From contig CM119268.1 in assembly GCA_051294375.1 (NCBI GenBank), forward strand, positions 22,203,976-22,267,975: 64,000 nucleotides of DNA, given 5' to 3'. Shown one piece after another: positions 47,701 to 60,896 of this stretch. The notes below the pieces were generated by a model. The model ran no database searches and was not told where the DNA came from. It saw only the letters and a program-made list of their open reading frames with translations. Positions within the stretch are counted from its first letter, which is position 1, and the number at the start of each line of letters is the position of its first letter. The stretch comes from Paraspadella gotoi. Taxonomy: Eukaryota > Animalia > Chaetognatha. Position numbers and translations under genes: made by a program.

Positions 47701-48293
47701 ATTTAAAATAACTTAGAGAAAATATTTTTGTAACGTCCTCTTAAAAAATTAAGAAAGTATCTTCTCCCTTTGAACGCGTTCCGTCTGGAATAAATTCGCG
47801 CATTCGTTCCGTATTTAACTTCAAGTGTATAATATATATGTATAATGTATATGAACTGATGACCGCGAGAAAAAGATTTAGAAAAAATCGCATCCTTAAC
47901 TTAAGGGGATGGATTTCTTCCGCGTTCTTAGCCTCGTTTCGAAATCGAGTCTCGGCTCAAAACCGGTGAATCCCTTAAGCTAACGTAAGAAACAGTTTAT
48001 ATCATCTGTTATCGAATTAAAAAAAAAAAAAGAAAGATCCAGAGAAAAATATAAAGATTTAAATTCCAGAAGGAAATAAGTGAAGAAAGAAAAGTACCGG
48101 GTGACGAGGAAAAACTCTTGTCTTTTAAAATATCGGGTGATTCGCAAGAATTAAAACCGAAAGAGAAAAAAAATGGGAAATCGAAACGGAGCGTTCACTC
48201 AAGAAGAGATTGAGCTCTACATTGACCTCACCTATTTCAACAGGTGATGTCGAGGTGGAGAGGGAGGGAGAGAGAGCAGAGAGAGAGAGAGAG

Positions 48294-48334
<41 letters not shown>

Positions 48335-50287
48335 AGAGAGAGAGTATGAGGATGGGAAAGGTGAGAAGTGAGTTTTAGGGCATTCGCTGAGAGAGAAGCA
48401 AGGTTCAAAAAGGTCAACTGGTTTTTCCACGTGACTGTCGTTTGCTCACGACATCTTTTTTTTTTTCACTGATTCTTCCAGTGAAGTGACTTACTTTTTT
48501 TTTTTGTTCCTATCCTCCTACTCTTCCTGCCATTCTCTTCTTCTTCCTCATTTCCTCCCTTTTCTTCCTCTTCTCCTTCCTCTTCTCCCTTTCTTCCCTC
48601 CCCTTCTTCCTCTCTCTTTTCTTCCTCCCCTCCTCTTCCCCTTCTCCCCTACTTCATTCTTTCCAGTAATTCGCTTCATTTAGTTTAAAAACATTTTTTT
48701 TAACTATTGCATTAATTCAACTAATCATTAATAATGAAAAACGCTTATTTCCCAAAAAAATATTTATGTAATAAATATACATTATTATAAAACTATTACG
48801 TGAGAGAAGACAAAAAGTAGCAACTTGTCAAACACGAATTACATTGTTTCAGAGTCGAGAGACAGAGTTTCTAATGAAAATAGAGAGAGAGATTAGGATA
48901 GAGAGAGAGAGAGAGAGAGAAGAGACGAGAAGAGAGAGAGGAGAAAGCGCTATTCTTTTTCAAACCGTTCATCATCTTTAGTTGTTGTGTTGTGTTTGAG
49001 CTTCACAGCTCGATTGTTCGTCCTGTCGCGGGACAACAACAAAAACTGCGGTGGCTTTAATATCATTCATGCATATCTACAGTAATGGTTTAATGTATAT
49101 GTATGATTTATAATTTTAATTACAAACTGGGCCACTCAAAACGAACATAAGCAAAATGGAACAACAGACTAACGAGAGACAATATCTAGAAGAAAAAATA
49201 ATGAAAAAAAAAAAAAACAGAAAAACGAAAGCAAATTAAATGACAAACAAACAAAATCGACGACGAAGACGACGACGACAAACGGTCATTAATCATCTCT
49301 TTTTATTTGGCCGTTTTTCTTCTTTCAATTTCCTCTGTCATTCCTATTTTTTCGGATATTTTTTTCACATTCTTTATCTTTCCTTTATTTCTTTCTTTCT
49401 TTTCATTCTTATTCTATCTTCTATATACATTCAATATACTTTCTATTTCATTTCATTCTTTAACATTCATATATCTTATCTTTCTTTTACTTTCATTTCT
49501 TTCTTATCTAATGTTAAGAAACAATTAACATTATCTCATCAATTTCAAAATATCCCAAAGTAAAATAATGAGTCTTTTCTTTCTGAATACACAATCTTTC
49601 ATAATACCCCCCCAACTCCACAACACAGATCCGAGAATAACCCAAATGTTTCGATCGAAACTTCCTCGAGCATCGCAAGCCCGAAATGATCAAACGCAAA
49701 CATGAAATACATCAACGATAAAACGAAACACAGAGAGCTGGAGAAATGGCCGACATGGAGAAGCTGGAGGAGATCCGAGTCACCCCTTCGAGACAGATAC
49801 AATTAAAAAGGATAGAAAGCAATAGACTAAGAATCAGTAACAAAATGAGAAAATCAATCTACTCAATATAACTNNNNNNNNNNNNNNNNNNNNNNNNNTT
49901 TTTTTTTTGTTCCTATCCTCCTACTCTCCTGCCATTCTCTTCTTCTTCCTCTTTTCCTCCCTTTCTTCCTCTTCTCCTTCCTCTTCTCCCTTTCTCCCTC
50001 CCCTTCTTCCTCTCCTCTTTTCTTCCTCCCCTCCTCTTCCCCCTTTCTCCCCTCTTCATTCTTTCCAGTAATTCGTCGATTTAGTTAAAAAACATTTTTT
50101 TAACCTATTGCATTAATTCAACTAATCATTAATAATGAAAAACGCTATTTCCAAAAAATATTTATGTAATGAAATATACATTATTTATAAAACTATTTAC
50201 GGAGAGAAGAAAAAGTAGCAACTTGTCAAACACGAATACATTGTTCAGAGTCGAGAGACAGAGTTTCTAAACTGAAAATAGAGAGAG

Positions 50288-50349
<62 letters not shown>

Positions 50350-51225
50350 CTATTCTTTTCCAAACCCGTTCATCATCTTTAGTTGTTGTTGTTGTTGAGC
50401 TTACAGTCGATTTGTTTCCGTTGTCGCGGCGACAAACAAAATTGCGTGGTTTAATATCATTTGCATATTACAGTAAATGGTTTAATTGTTATGTTTTGTT
50501 TAGTTTTTTACAAACTGGGCCTAAAACGAACATTGGGACAAACTACGGAGGCTATTCTGAAAGAAATAATGACGAAAACGAAAACAATTATGACAACAAC
50601 AACGACGACGAAGACGACGACGACGAAGACGACGACGACCAAACGGTCATTAATCATCTCTTTTATTTGGCTGTTTTCTCTTTCAATTTCCTCTGTCATC
50701 CTATTTTTTTTCGGATATTTTTTTCACATTCTTTATTCTTTTCTTTCTTTCTTTTCATTCTTATTCTATCTTCTATATACATTCAATATACTTTCTATTT
50801 CATTTCATTCTTTAACATTCATATATCTTATCTTTCTTTTACTTTCATTTCTTTCTTATCTAATGTTAAGAAACAATTAACATTATCTCATCAATTTCAA
50901 AATATCCCAAAGTAAAATAATGAGTCTTTTCTTTCTGAATACACAATCTTTCATAATACCCCCCCAACTCCACAACACAGATCCGAGAATAACCCAAATG
51001 TTTCGATCGAAACTTCCTCGAGCATCGCAAGCCCGAAATGATCAAACGCAAACATGAAATACATCAACGATAAAACGAAACACAGAGAGCTGGAGAAATG
51101 GCCGACATGGAGAAGCTGGAGGAGATCCGAGTCACCCCTTCGAGACAGATACAATTAAAAAGGATAGAAAGCAATAGACTAAGAATCAGTAACAAAATGA
51201 GAAAATCAATCTACTCAATATAACT
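44550..51225. repeat. Three indel-rich copies of the CIB-B 5' region separated by 25-N gaps (probable assembly or haplotype duplication)
   Basis: About 44550-47172, 47198-49873 and 49899-51225. The last ~470 bp are identical in all three, including a garbled exon 2. Confidence 0.85.
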
Positions 51226-54200
51226 NNNNNNNNNNNNNNNNNNNNNNNNNTTACTTTCATTTTCATTACTCTCTTTTTTCTCTATCTCTCTTTCTTTCTC
51301 TTCCTTTCTATCCCAATATGGTCTATCTTTCTTTCCATCTTTCTATCCCCCCCACTCCCACAACCAGATCCGAGATCCGCAAATGTTTCGATCGCTTCCT
51401 CGAGCTCGCGCCGGACGATCAAACGAAACATGAAATCATCAACGATAAACGAAACGCGAGGCTGGAAATGGCCGACATGGAGAAGCTGGAGGAGATACGG
51501 GTCAACCCCTTCAGAGACAGGATCTTAAAAGGTGAGGGCGGANNNNNNNNNNGTCAACCCCTTCAGAGACAGGATCTTAAAAGGTGAGCAATGCTATGGT
51601 CAATGAGTGAGGACATTTTGAGAGAGTAAAAAAAGATTTCCTAACTTCACATTGTTGTAGAATTGCTGTTGGAATTGCTTTCACTGATCGTTTTACTGCC
51701 AAATGTGAAAGTGAACGGTCGTGAACGACTGTAGTTTGCGCATTATCACAACTTTGACTTTCACCAAGACGACGAAGACAACTGATGAAGACGACGACGA
51801 CGACGACGACGACGACGTCGACGAAAACTCTCTATCCGTGGTTGTGACGACTGTCATTCCAAGGATGAGTGAATCATTATCCCGGGTGGGGAGAGGGAGA
51901 GAGAGAGAGAGAGAGAGANNNNNNNNNNNNNNNNNNNNNNNNNNNNNNNNNNNNNNNNNNNNNNNNNNNNNNNNNNNNNNNNNNNNNNNNNNNNNNNNNN
52001 NNNNNNNNNNNNNNNNNNNNNNNNNNNNNNNNNNNNNNNNNNNNNNNNNNNNNNNNNNNNNNNNNNNNNNNNNNNNNNNNNNNNNNNNNNNNNNNNNNNN
52101 NNNNNNNNNNNNNNNNNNNNNNNNNNNNNNNNNNNNNNNNNNNNNNNNNNNNNNNNNNNNNNNNNNNNNNNNNNNNNNNNNNNNNNNNNNNNNNNNNNNN
52201 NNNNNNNNNNNNNNNNNNNNNNNNNNNNNNNNNNNNNNNNNNNNNNNNNNNNNNNNNNNNNNNNNNNNNNNNNNNNNCCCGCGCTCTGGCATCTAATTTG
52301 CATATGGAAACGAATTCATTCCTCGGTTGTAAATCCAATCAGTGATGGGGTGCAGTCAAAGGAGGGGAAGGTGCAGTCGCGGAAGGGGAAAGGTGCACTC
52401 AAAGGAGGAGGAGGTGCAGTCAAAGAAGGTGAAGGTGCAGTCAAAATAGGGGAGGGTTCAGTCAAAGGTGCAGTCAGATATCAGTCAATTCCGAGTATCC
52501 GAGATCAAAATTTTGAAACGGAGTTTTAAAAAAACTGAGAAGAGTAAACTTTAATCAAAACCAGTGAAGGAGGGAGAAAGGAAAGATCACACCCCCCCGC
52601 CTATTAAAGGCGTTAGGGTGGGGTGCTGGGCAGGGGAGCGATTCCCTTAAGGCTTCGCCCCTCAGCGAAAAAGGCGTGAAAACGATGATGGGATTCGCGA
52701 AGTCGTTAATGAGAAAATCTATATGATCAACCGGATTATTATGATTCGTGGATCTTGGGTCTTGATTTGTGGGTCGCGAGTTTTCGTGAAAACAAAACAA
52801 CTCTGAAACATAAGTAATAGGTTAAGGAAATTTACGGCCGCTCTCTCCTTTACCCGTGTAATCTCATTTTTACAATTTGTCTAATTTAAACTTTAAAAAT
52901 TTCCGATAACCCACCATACTCCATGAATGGTTAACCTTTGTACCGATTTCATAATATAATGTTTCTATAAACTGTTTCAATTGTATATACAACCCTGCTC
53001 TCCCATTCACTTCCTCCTCATCCCACACCTTCAGTCTTTTCCTCCACCAACGACGGAAGTTTCAACTTTGACGACTTCATCGACATGATGTCCGTTTTCT
53101 CAGAGGGCGCGCCGAGAAGTCTCAAGGCGGAATACGCCTTCAGGTGCAAACAATAGTTAACCCTAACCTGTTACCAAAAGGGGCGCTTTTGGAAAATAGG
53201 GCCGGATGGGGCTAATGACCTGGCCATGTAGTAATTCTTCGGCATAATGATTAATGTTGTAAGTTTGGCCAGAAGAGTACGAACGCAGTATTCTTTTAGG
53301 AAAAAGAATGTTTGTTATCTACTTAAAGGGCAATTCCAATTCGGATTCCATCTGCAATGTAAGTAAGTACAATGTAAGTAAGTAAGAACGCGGTATGCTT
53401 TTAAAAACAAGGTCTGCCCAGAAATGTAAAGACGCAGTCTAGTTTTAAAAACTCGAATGTCAGTTGTATTTTTTTCCGAGAACCAACTCAGAAGAATGAG
53501 GAACCGGTATCTGACAATAATGTCCGTTTCTTTCCCTGTCACAGACATGTCCGTTTTCTCCCACGGTTCGCTGGGACAATAATTCTCAATCCCTCTATCG
53601 GCCACAGTCATTACCATTTTTTTTTCTCCTGCGCAGGATTTATGACTTCGGCGACGACGATATGATAGACGTAGACGACGTCACGGAAGTTGTGCTCAGA
53701 CTGACTGGGAATCAGGTGAGAATAGAGGAGAAGGGAAGGGGAGAGGGAGGGAGGGAGGAAGAAGAGGAGGAGAAGGGAGAGGTGAAGGGAGAGGGAAGGA
53801 AGAAAAGGAAGGAAAGCGGAACGAAGGAGGAGGGAAAGAAGAGATTAAAGGGGAAAGGGAAGGAAGAGAGCATTATGACGAGGAAAGAGAGAAAGGAGGA
53901 AAGGGCTGAAGGAATAAAGGAGGAAGTAAGGGGAGGAAGCAGAGGGGGAGCAGAGTGGGAATGAGACTGCGGGCGAGCGAGAAAGAGAGGAAGGAAAGAG
54001 GGGATAAAGATAGATGACGGAAGAGAGGGTGGTTGGAGAAGTAAGGAGGGAGAGGCGAGAGAAAAATTGAGACGGAGAGAGAGAATTAAAAGTGAAACTT
54101 TCGACTGGGCAATGGAAAAAAAAAATTTACATAAAATATTAATGAATAGGATTAAGTTCAACAATCTCATTTGCATATAGGAGTAGATTATTCCAACTAT

Positions 54201-54550
54201 AAAAGGTTTATGTTCTGTTTCAATATTAGGCTTATTTCTGTGTTTTACTCCCTTTTTCTATATTTTTTTAGTAGTCTTAATGATTCAAAGATAATTTTGC
54301 GATAGTTTGTTAAAATAATTATGAACTTTGATGATTGATAGTTTATCTCTAAACTGGCTGACCTTTCTCCAAAATCTCAACTCCCTCCTCACTATAGAAC
54401 CCCCTCTCCATGGACGACATCGGACTCCTCGTCGACCAAGTGATGGAGGAAGCGGATCTCGATGACGATCGAATGTTGTCCTTTGCAGAATTCGAACATG
54501 TCCTTTCCAAGGCGCCCGACTTTGTCCAATCCTTCAGGATTATAATTTAA
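48173..54550 (+). CDS. CIB: Calcium- and integrin-binding protein, CIB1-like (paralogue B), 5 exons
   Basis: Exons 48173-48243 ([23 protein letters not shown]; frameshifted copy at 45353-45427), 51368-51531 (...[14 protein letters not shown]), 53035-53143 ([27 protein letters not shown]), 53637-53715 ([14 protein letters not shown]), 54398-54550 ([34 protein letters not shown]). Phases are consistent. Confidence 0.92.
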
Positions 54551-54642
54551 AGGGAGGGTTGTGAGATCGGAACTCGTATTCCGAAAAAAAAATGTCTTCA
54601 CTTTTATGTTACATCGCGAGATGTTGTGGGATACTTTTTTTG

Positions 54643-54677
<35 letters not shown>

Positions 54678-55038
54678 ATTCTATCCCATGTGTAAAATCG
54701 TTGTGTTGACTAATTAAAGATTCCCGCATTGCGATCGAGAGAGACAACTTTTTTAAAATGATTTGCTTAGGACTTAAAAATAGTTAATACCAAATTAGAA
54801 TTGTTAACCATCAGGCGTGAGCTGAGGGAATGATTTATTTATTCCGAAATGTGAGTAAATGATGGAAAGAGCGTGGAGAAACTGTGAGAGCGAAAATGTG
54901 AACGTGAGGTAAAACGAGAAATCTCCGTGATCAGGGATTTAATGTGATAAAACGAATGAAACGAAAAGAAAGGGATGTCTTAGCAGGAGGCTTATGGATG
55001 TGGGCGTTGTAATGTTGCAAGGCTTAAAGGGGACAGGG

Positions 55039-55099
<61 letters not shown>

Positions 55100-55247
55100 T
55101 TTAAGCGCCCACTTTAACACTAGCGCCATAAACGATCAAAGGGAACAACACGAATATTTTTTCTCTCGAGAAAGAAAAAAAAAGTTGAACGAGAAAAAAA
55201 ATTTAAAAAGGAAAAGAAAAAAGAAAAAAAGAAATATAATAAAAATA

Positions 55248-55347
55248 AATTGAAATTAAAGACAAAGTCTTGATACAGCAACGATTTTATTTTTGTACAA
55301 TAAAATAAAATCGTTGCTGTATCAAGACTTTGTCTTTAATTTCAATT
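55248..55347. repeat. Perfect inverted repeat, 46-bp arms with 8-nt loop
   Basis: AATTGAAATTAAAGACAAAGTCTTGATACAGCAACGATTTTATTTT-TGTACAAT-exact reverse complement. Confidence 0.93.
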
Positions 55348-55814
55348 ATCTAAAACACAACGAAAGAAAGTTTAATCACAATAAAAATAAATTAATTTAA
55401 AAAAAACAAAGAAATAACCCCCCAAAATTGTTTTATTTTCAAAACCCTGTCCTTCTCTAGTAATCATCGTCCATTAATTAATAATATTAATAATATTTGG
55501 ATTTACTAATAGATTGAAAATTAGCTTAAGGACAGAGAATCAGGAAAAATCAAGGAAAATAAAGAAGAGACGAGAGAATAGAGTCAAAGCAAGAAAAAGA
55601 CAGAGAATTTTTGAATTTGAATTTATTCAATGGGGCTTTAGGCACAAAATAAAACAGAGAGAGAGACAAAGAGAGAGAGAGAGAGATAGAGATGGTCCAT
55701 CCTCCATCAGATGCGAGGCTCACTCTGACTGTAGACCCCATATGGGTGGAGGTGAGAAAGTTAAAACTAATTGCTTCACAGCGGCATACTAATTATTCAT
55801 CAGTCTGCCCCTGA

Positions 55815-55854
<40 letters not shown>

Positions 55855-56279
55855 ACCGAGGACAGAAGGGGGAGCGACTGATTTAGCTCAGGTGACGACT
55901 CTATTTAGAGAGAACGACTTTTTCGTCGTCGTCGTTTTCTCTCAGACTAAATCATTATAATCACCACCGTTTTCACGTCGTCATCATTATCTTCGTCGTC
56001 TCATTCGTCGTCGTCGAACGTCGTTCGTCATCTTCGTCCGTCGTCGTCGCACATCATCACCGACGCAGATGATTTAGACTTTTATTTATTTTTTTTACTC
56101 TTTATTTTTCCTCGTAATCGTTTCTTTCTTTTTTTCTTTCTTTTTTCTTTCTTTTTCATTTGTCATTTTTCTCAGTAGAGTTCGAGAGACAGAGACAATC
56201 GATAGTCGATGCCATCTGTGGCAATAACTTTGCCAGTATTGCCATTTCTATCACCGACACTTTCGTTGTTATTGCGCTT

Positions 56280-56422
56280 CGGTCTCTGTCACGGTCTGTC
56301 ACGGCCTCTGCCACGGTCTTCTACCCAGTCTTTGCCGCGGTCTCTGCTACGATCTTTGCAACGGTCTCTGTCACTATCCTTGCCACGGTCTTTGCTACGG
56401 TCCTCGCCACGGTCTTTGCCGC
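56280..56422. repeat. 12-bp-period degenerate minisatellite
   Basis: GCCACGGTCTTT / GCTACGGTCCTC-like units. Confidence 0.75.
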
Positions 56423-57069
56423 GTAGATTTAAACACTTGATGGTTATGAATTAACCTTTCATTTTTCTTCCTAAACTTTTTTAAAAAATTATATTTTTTA
56501 TATTATGTTTAAGAAAAAGAAATCAAAAATAGATTTTAAAAAAATCATGGAAAATACAGTAAAATTTTACAAAAGAATTGATTCGCAATAAATACTGAAA
56601 TTTGGAAAAAAAATATTAATACAGTTAAATTGAAATTTGAATACAGTGAAATTGTTGAAAACTGAAAGAAAAAAGTGAAAAGATTCTGGAATCGATTGTG
56701 GAAGAGAGATACGCTGTAGGAATGCCGAGAGAGCGGGGGGGGGTCGTCGTTGTCGTCGTCGTTGTCGCCTTCTTCTTCTTCTTCTTCTTCTTCTTTGTCG
56801 TCGTCGTCTTCATCATTTATAGTTGCATCATCGTCGCCGACCTTTGTCCCTGTCCCTAATGGTGTTGTCTTTCATTGTATTTTGTCCTTCGCTGTTCTTG
56901 TTCTCCCTTGTCTTTTTTTGTCATTGTTCTTTGTCATTTATTGTCCTTTGTCCTTCAATCTCCAGGATCACGTGATCACGATCATGCACGGGCGTCCTTG
57001 TCCTTCGTCCTTAGTTGCATTTGTTCTTCTTTATCCTTGTCCTTTATTGTCCTTCCCTTCGTCCTTCCT

Positions 57070-57245
57070 TCAAGTCCTCCTCGTGAGCCTGGTGGACCGC
57101 GTGGCGGTGACCTCGCTCACGGGCGTCGACGAGAGATTCCGGGCGAAAAGCCATCGACGGAATTCCGTTTTGACGAGGTCGTTGAGGGCAACGTTGAAGA
57201 TGAAGATGTAGAGGCCCTGTGGAGGGAGAGAAGGGTGTTGGAGTG

Positions 57246-57300
<55 letters not shown>

Positions 57301-58575
57301 CCTGAAATGCATTAAAAAAGACGAAGAGATAAGCAAAGATGACCGTCCACTCTTCTTGGGCGTGAAAGAAAAGACCCAGGATCCACGGAGTGCCGAGGAG
57401 AGAAGCGAAGACAGCGGAGACGAAGAGGAATCGCCTGATTTAGAAAATAGAAACGTGAGTGATTATTCAGTCGCATAAGAGATAGATTCGTGAGTCTGAC
57501 ATGTCGATACTGTTTTTCTATCTTTACGGCTAAAAGTAGAATGCTCGCCTCAAGACATTAATTGGCATTACATAACGTGCCAGAATTTATTTAGAAATCA
57601 TCCGATGACGTAAACATGAGAAATTATCAAAGTTAATCCTAAATGCTGCAATATGCAAATGAGATTTAAAAAATTCATTTTTTACTAAAAAAGAAAGTGG
57701 CGATAAGTTCGACGGAGTAGTCATTGACTGGATGGTGTTTTTGGTTGGTGGGCCTGTTGATCGATTGTACTGTATTGAGATAAGATTACTGGTTGATGGT
57801 GAATGGTGATTGGCGGGATTGTGATGGTTTAAAGAGCGTAGGGATTGATTGTCTGGGCAGAAGGAGAATAGATTGATTGGGAATTTGACAGGTTGAGAAT
57901 TGGGTGGACCACACAAGATAGGTAAAATATATTGTGATTCATTGAAACCAAAAATTGGCGCTAAATTAAAGGAAAGAATTTCATGTTTAATTTTTGAAAC
58001 ATCAGAACCCTTATCCCTGTTAACCCTTACCTTACTCATTAGTCATCACCCTTACCACTCTCTCACTCTTCACTCTTCACTTCTCACTCCTGACCTGGTG
58101 AGGTGAAGTGAGGATTGTGAATCTCTCTGCGCGTAGACCCGAGTCACGACGCGAATCGCGAGAAAGAACACGACGAAGTTGATGACGATGACGACGACGA
58201 CGGGGACGATAAAGATGAAACGGGCGTCGCCTGGCAAGGGGGGGAAGATGCCTGTTTAATGAGGGGGCCTGATATAATGGGCCGTAAATAAGCTAAGGAT
58301 TAAAAAATATAAATTAAAAGATATAATTCGATTTATTTTGCTAAGAAATTTAAAACAACTCTGTTTTCTCGACCACAATGAGAAAAAAATCCCGAAATAA
58401 AATCCGGAATTTATTTGTTGTAATGAAAGTTTTTTATTTTTTAAGGAAGGAACAAAAGAACAATAGAATTACGACGGAAGAAACGACAATAAAACTAAAA
58501 AAAGCAAAAAGGCATAAAAAATGTGAAACAAAAGACAAAGATGACTCGATGAAAAAGTGCATTGTTAAAGAATTA

Positions 58576-58656
<81 letters not shown>

Positions 58657-60818
58657 GGCCTCTAGCGGGAAAAAAAAGTAAGAGAAATTGAAAACACAAA
58701 TAAACAAAACGACAAAAATCGTTGAAGCGGAAAAAGAGACTCGAAAAATAAAGGGAAAAAAAGACCGAAAATGGGAGAAAGGAAAAAACATGAAAAAAGA
58801 GAAGGGAGAAAAAGGAAAGAAAAGAAAAAAGAAAAAAAAAGAAAGGAACGAGGAACGGTTATTCCAAGGTGTTGCGCCGCATTACATTTATTTTTACTTT
58901 CTTATCCCTTGGATTTCCGAGAAATACGACACGCATTGCATCGTAATCACGTCTTTTATTCCTTATAGTTTACAGGATTTCTTTAAAAACAAAAGGCGTC
59001 GCTAGTAGTCGCTTAGATTTGAGGTTTTTTCCTGTTTTAACAAATGAGCAACATAGTTTAAGGAAGTGATAAGCGTTTTCAACGTAAGTGGGACAGATCG
59101 ACGGACAGATCAGACACGTGAGTAAAGCGCTAAGTGGGCTGAAGATGACTAGCCGCAAATTCTTTAACCCTTCTCGCAGCCATAAAAAGGGTCCTGGGCA
59201 TGGGTTTGGGCTTACGGCCGTCCTCACGCTTCCCACAGGGTAGGTACCGGGTTGGGATTAAAGCCGGTAGCTTGTGGTCATGAGCTGATTGCTTTATTCA
59301 ATGAGCCACTGGGTAATGCTTATAGGCGGGTCGAACTTATTCAATCCCCGACTACAGACATACCGACGGACCGACCGACCGACATACTGATCGAAAAGTG
59401 ACTTATAGAGTTGCTCCGCGAGTACTCGCGGCGCAACTAAAAAAAGGGAGAAAACAAAGAGAGCGAGATATTTTTTTCGAATTGCCAGTCGCAGCTTTCC
59501 GTTTGCCCTTCTCAAAAGTTCTCACTCAGTTTTCTCTCACCCCATTGCGTTTTCTCATTTCTCATTTTTTTTCCTGACAATGAGCCGGTCATTGGTCATT
59601 GTGCCAGTTCCTCCCTTTTTGTCAATTTGCCAGCTCCCATTTGTTTCAATGACTCGTGCAATTTTTTTTTCCTTCATACCAGTTCCCTTTCGTCATTTTG
59701 CCAGTTTCCTATTTGCCAGTAACCTTGTCATTCTTCATCGCTGTCGCCTCGAATCGCCTTCCCATTCTTTGCGTCGGTTTTTTTTCCATTGCCTCAACGA
59801 CCATATTTTGTAAAGGCTCCTCATTTCAGATTAAATTCGAAATGCAATTATTTTTAAGTTTAGAGATTATGCGAGAGGTAACGATAATGATTGGGTTAAA
59901 GATTGGTTAGAATTTTGGTTAGAAATTTAGGATTAGGGTTAAGAGATAAGGTTAGGAATAAGGATAAATTTATGAATAAGGTTAGGGATAAGGCTAAAGA
60001 TGAAACATTTGGAAAATATTAAGCTTAATTACTCAAATAAAATTATGTTCAGAAATTTGGATGAGAACTGTGGCGCTTTTGGAAAATAGCGCCGTCCTTT
60101 ACTGTCTCCCATATTCCTCTCTAATCTTTTTTTAAAAAAATTCGTCTAATCTCTTTCAACAAAATTCAGTCTAATCTCTTTCAACAAACTGATCCGTCTT
60201 CGTCTTCGCTTTCTCTAATCCCCTATCCCGTCTCTCTCCCTCTCGTCTCCATCACCCATCACCCCATCACCACCCTCCACCCATCACCCCCTCCACCCAA
60301 TCACCCATTCATCCACCCTGGTATTCCCTTTCCCCATCAATATTTCCCTTCATTTTTTGACTTTCAGCGATTAACCTTTAAACTCTTCCTTTTCTCGCTT
60401 CGTCATCCCCACCCCCCCCAACCGCCCCCCCGCTCCCGACTTTTTGGCCTCTCGACTCCTTTTTTAACCCAAACATCCAACCACGACTGCCTCTTAGGTG
60501 ACCCCGAACATGATTCGTGACCCTTGGTTCGGCCGATTAGTCAACACCAACCGTTGACGAGTGGATTGGTAGGGATGAGAATTAAATCGTCTATAGAGTC
60601 ACGGCGGTTCTGGGAGGACTTCTTTTATGACGGACAGAGATTACAGACAGACAGAACCGACAGACAGACAGACAGACAGACACACACATGGTCACCAACT
60701 CCTCGCCGCTTGTCAATTAAAGCCGAAAAGGCTTGCAAACTCAGTGGAAACCGAACTCGGGTCCCTACAGGTCTTAGGATACAGGATACGAGAACCAAGA
60801 ACTCTCTCTCTCCTCTCA

Positions 60819-60896
<78 letters not shown>

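Noticed and set aside
46898-51154. Thrice-repeated 61-aa and 67-aa - strand ORFs
   Set aside because: Antisense translations of the duplicated, garbled CIB-B exon 2.
51553-51590. Repeat of the CIB-B exon-2 end and donor
   Set aside because: Separated from the first copy by a 10-N gap, so a contig overlap cannot be distinguished from a real junction echo.
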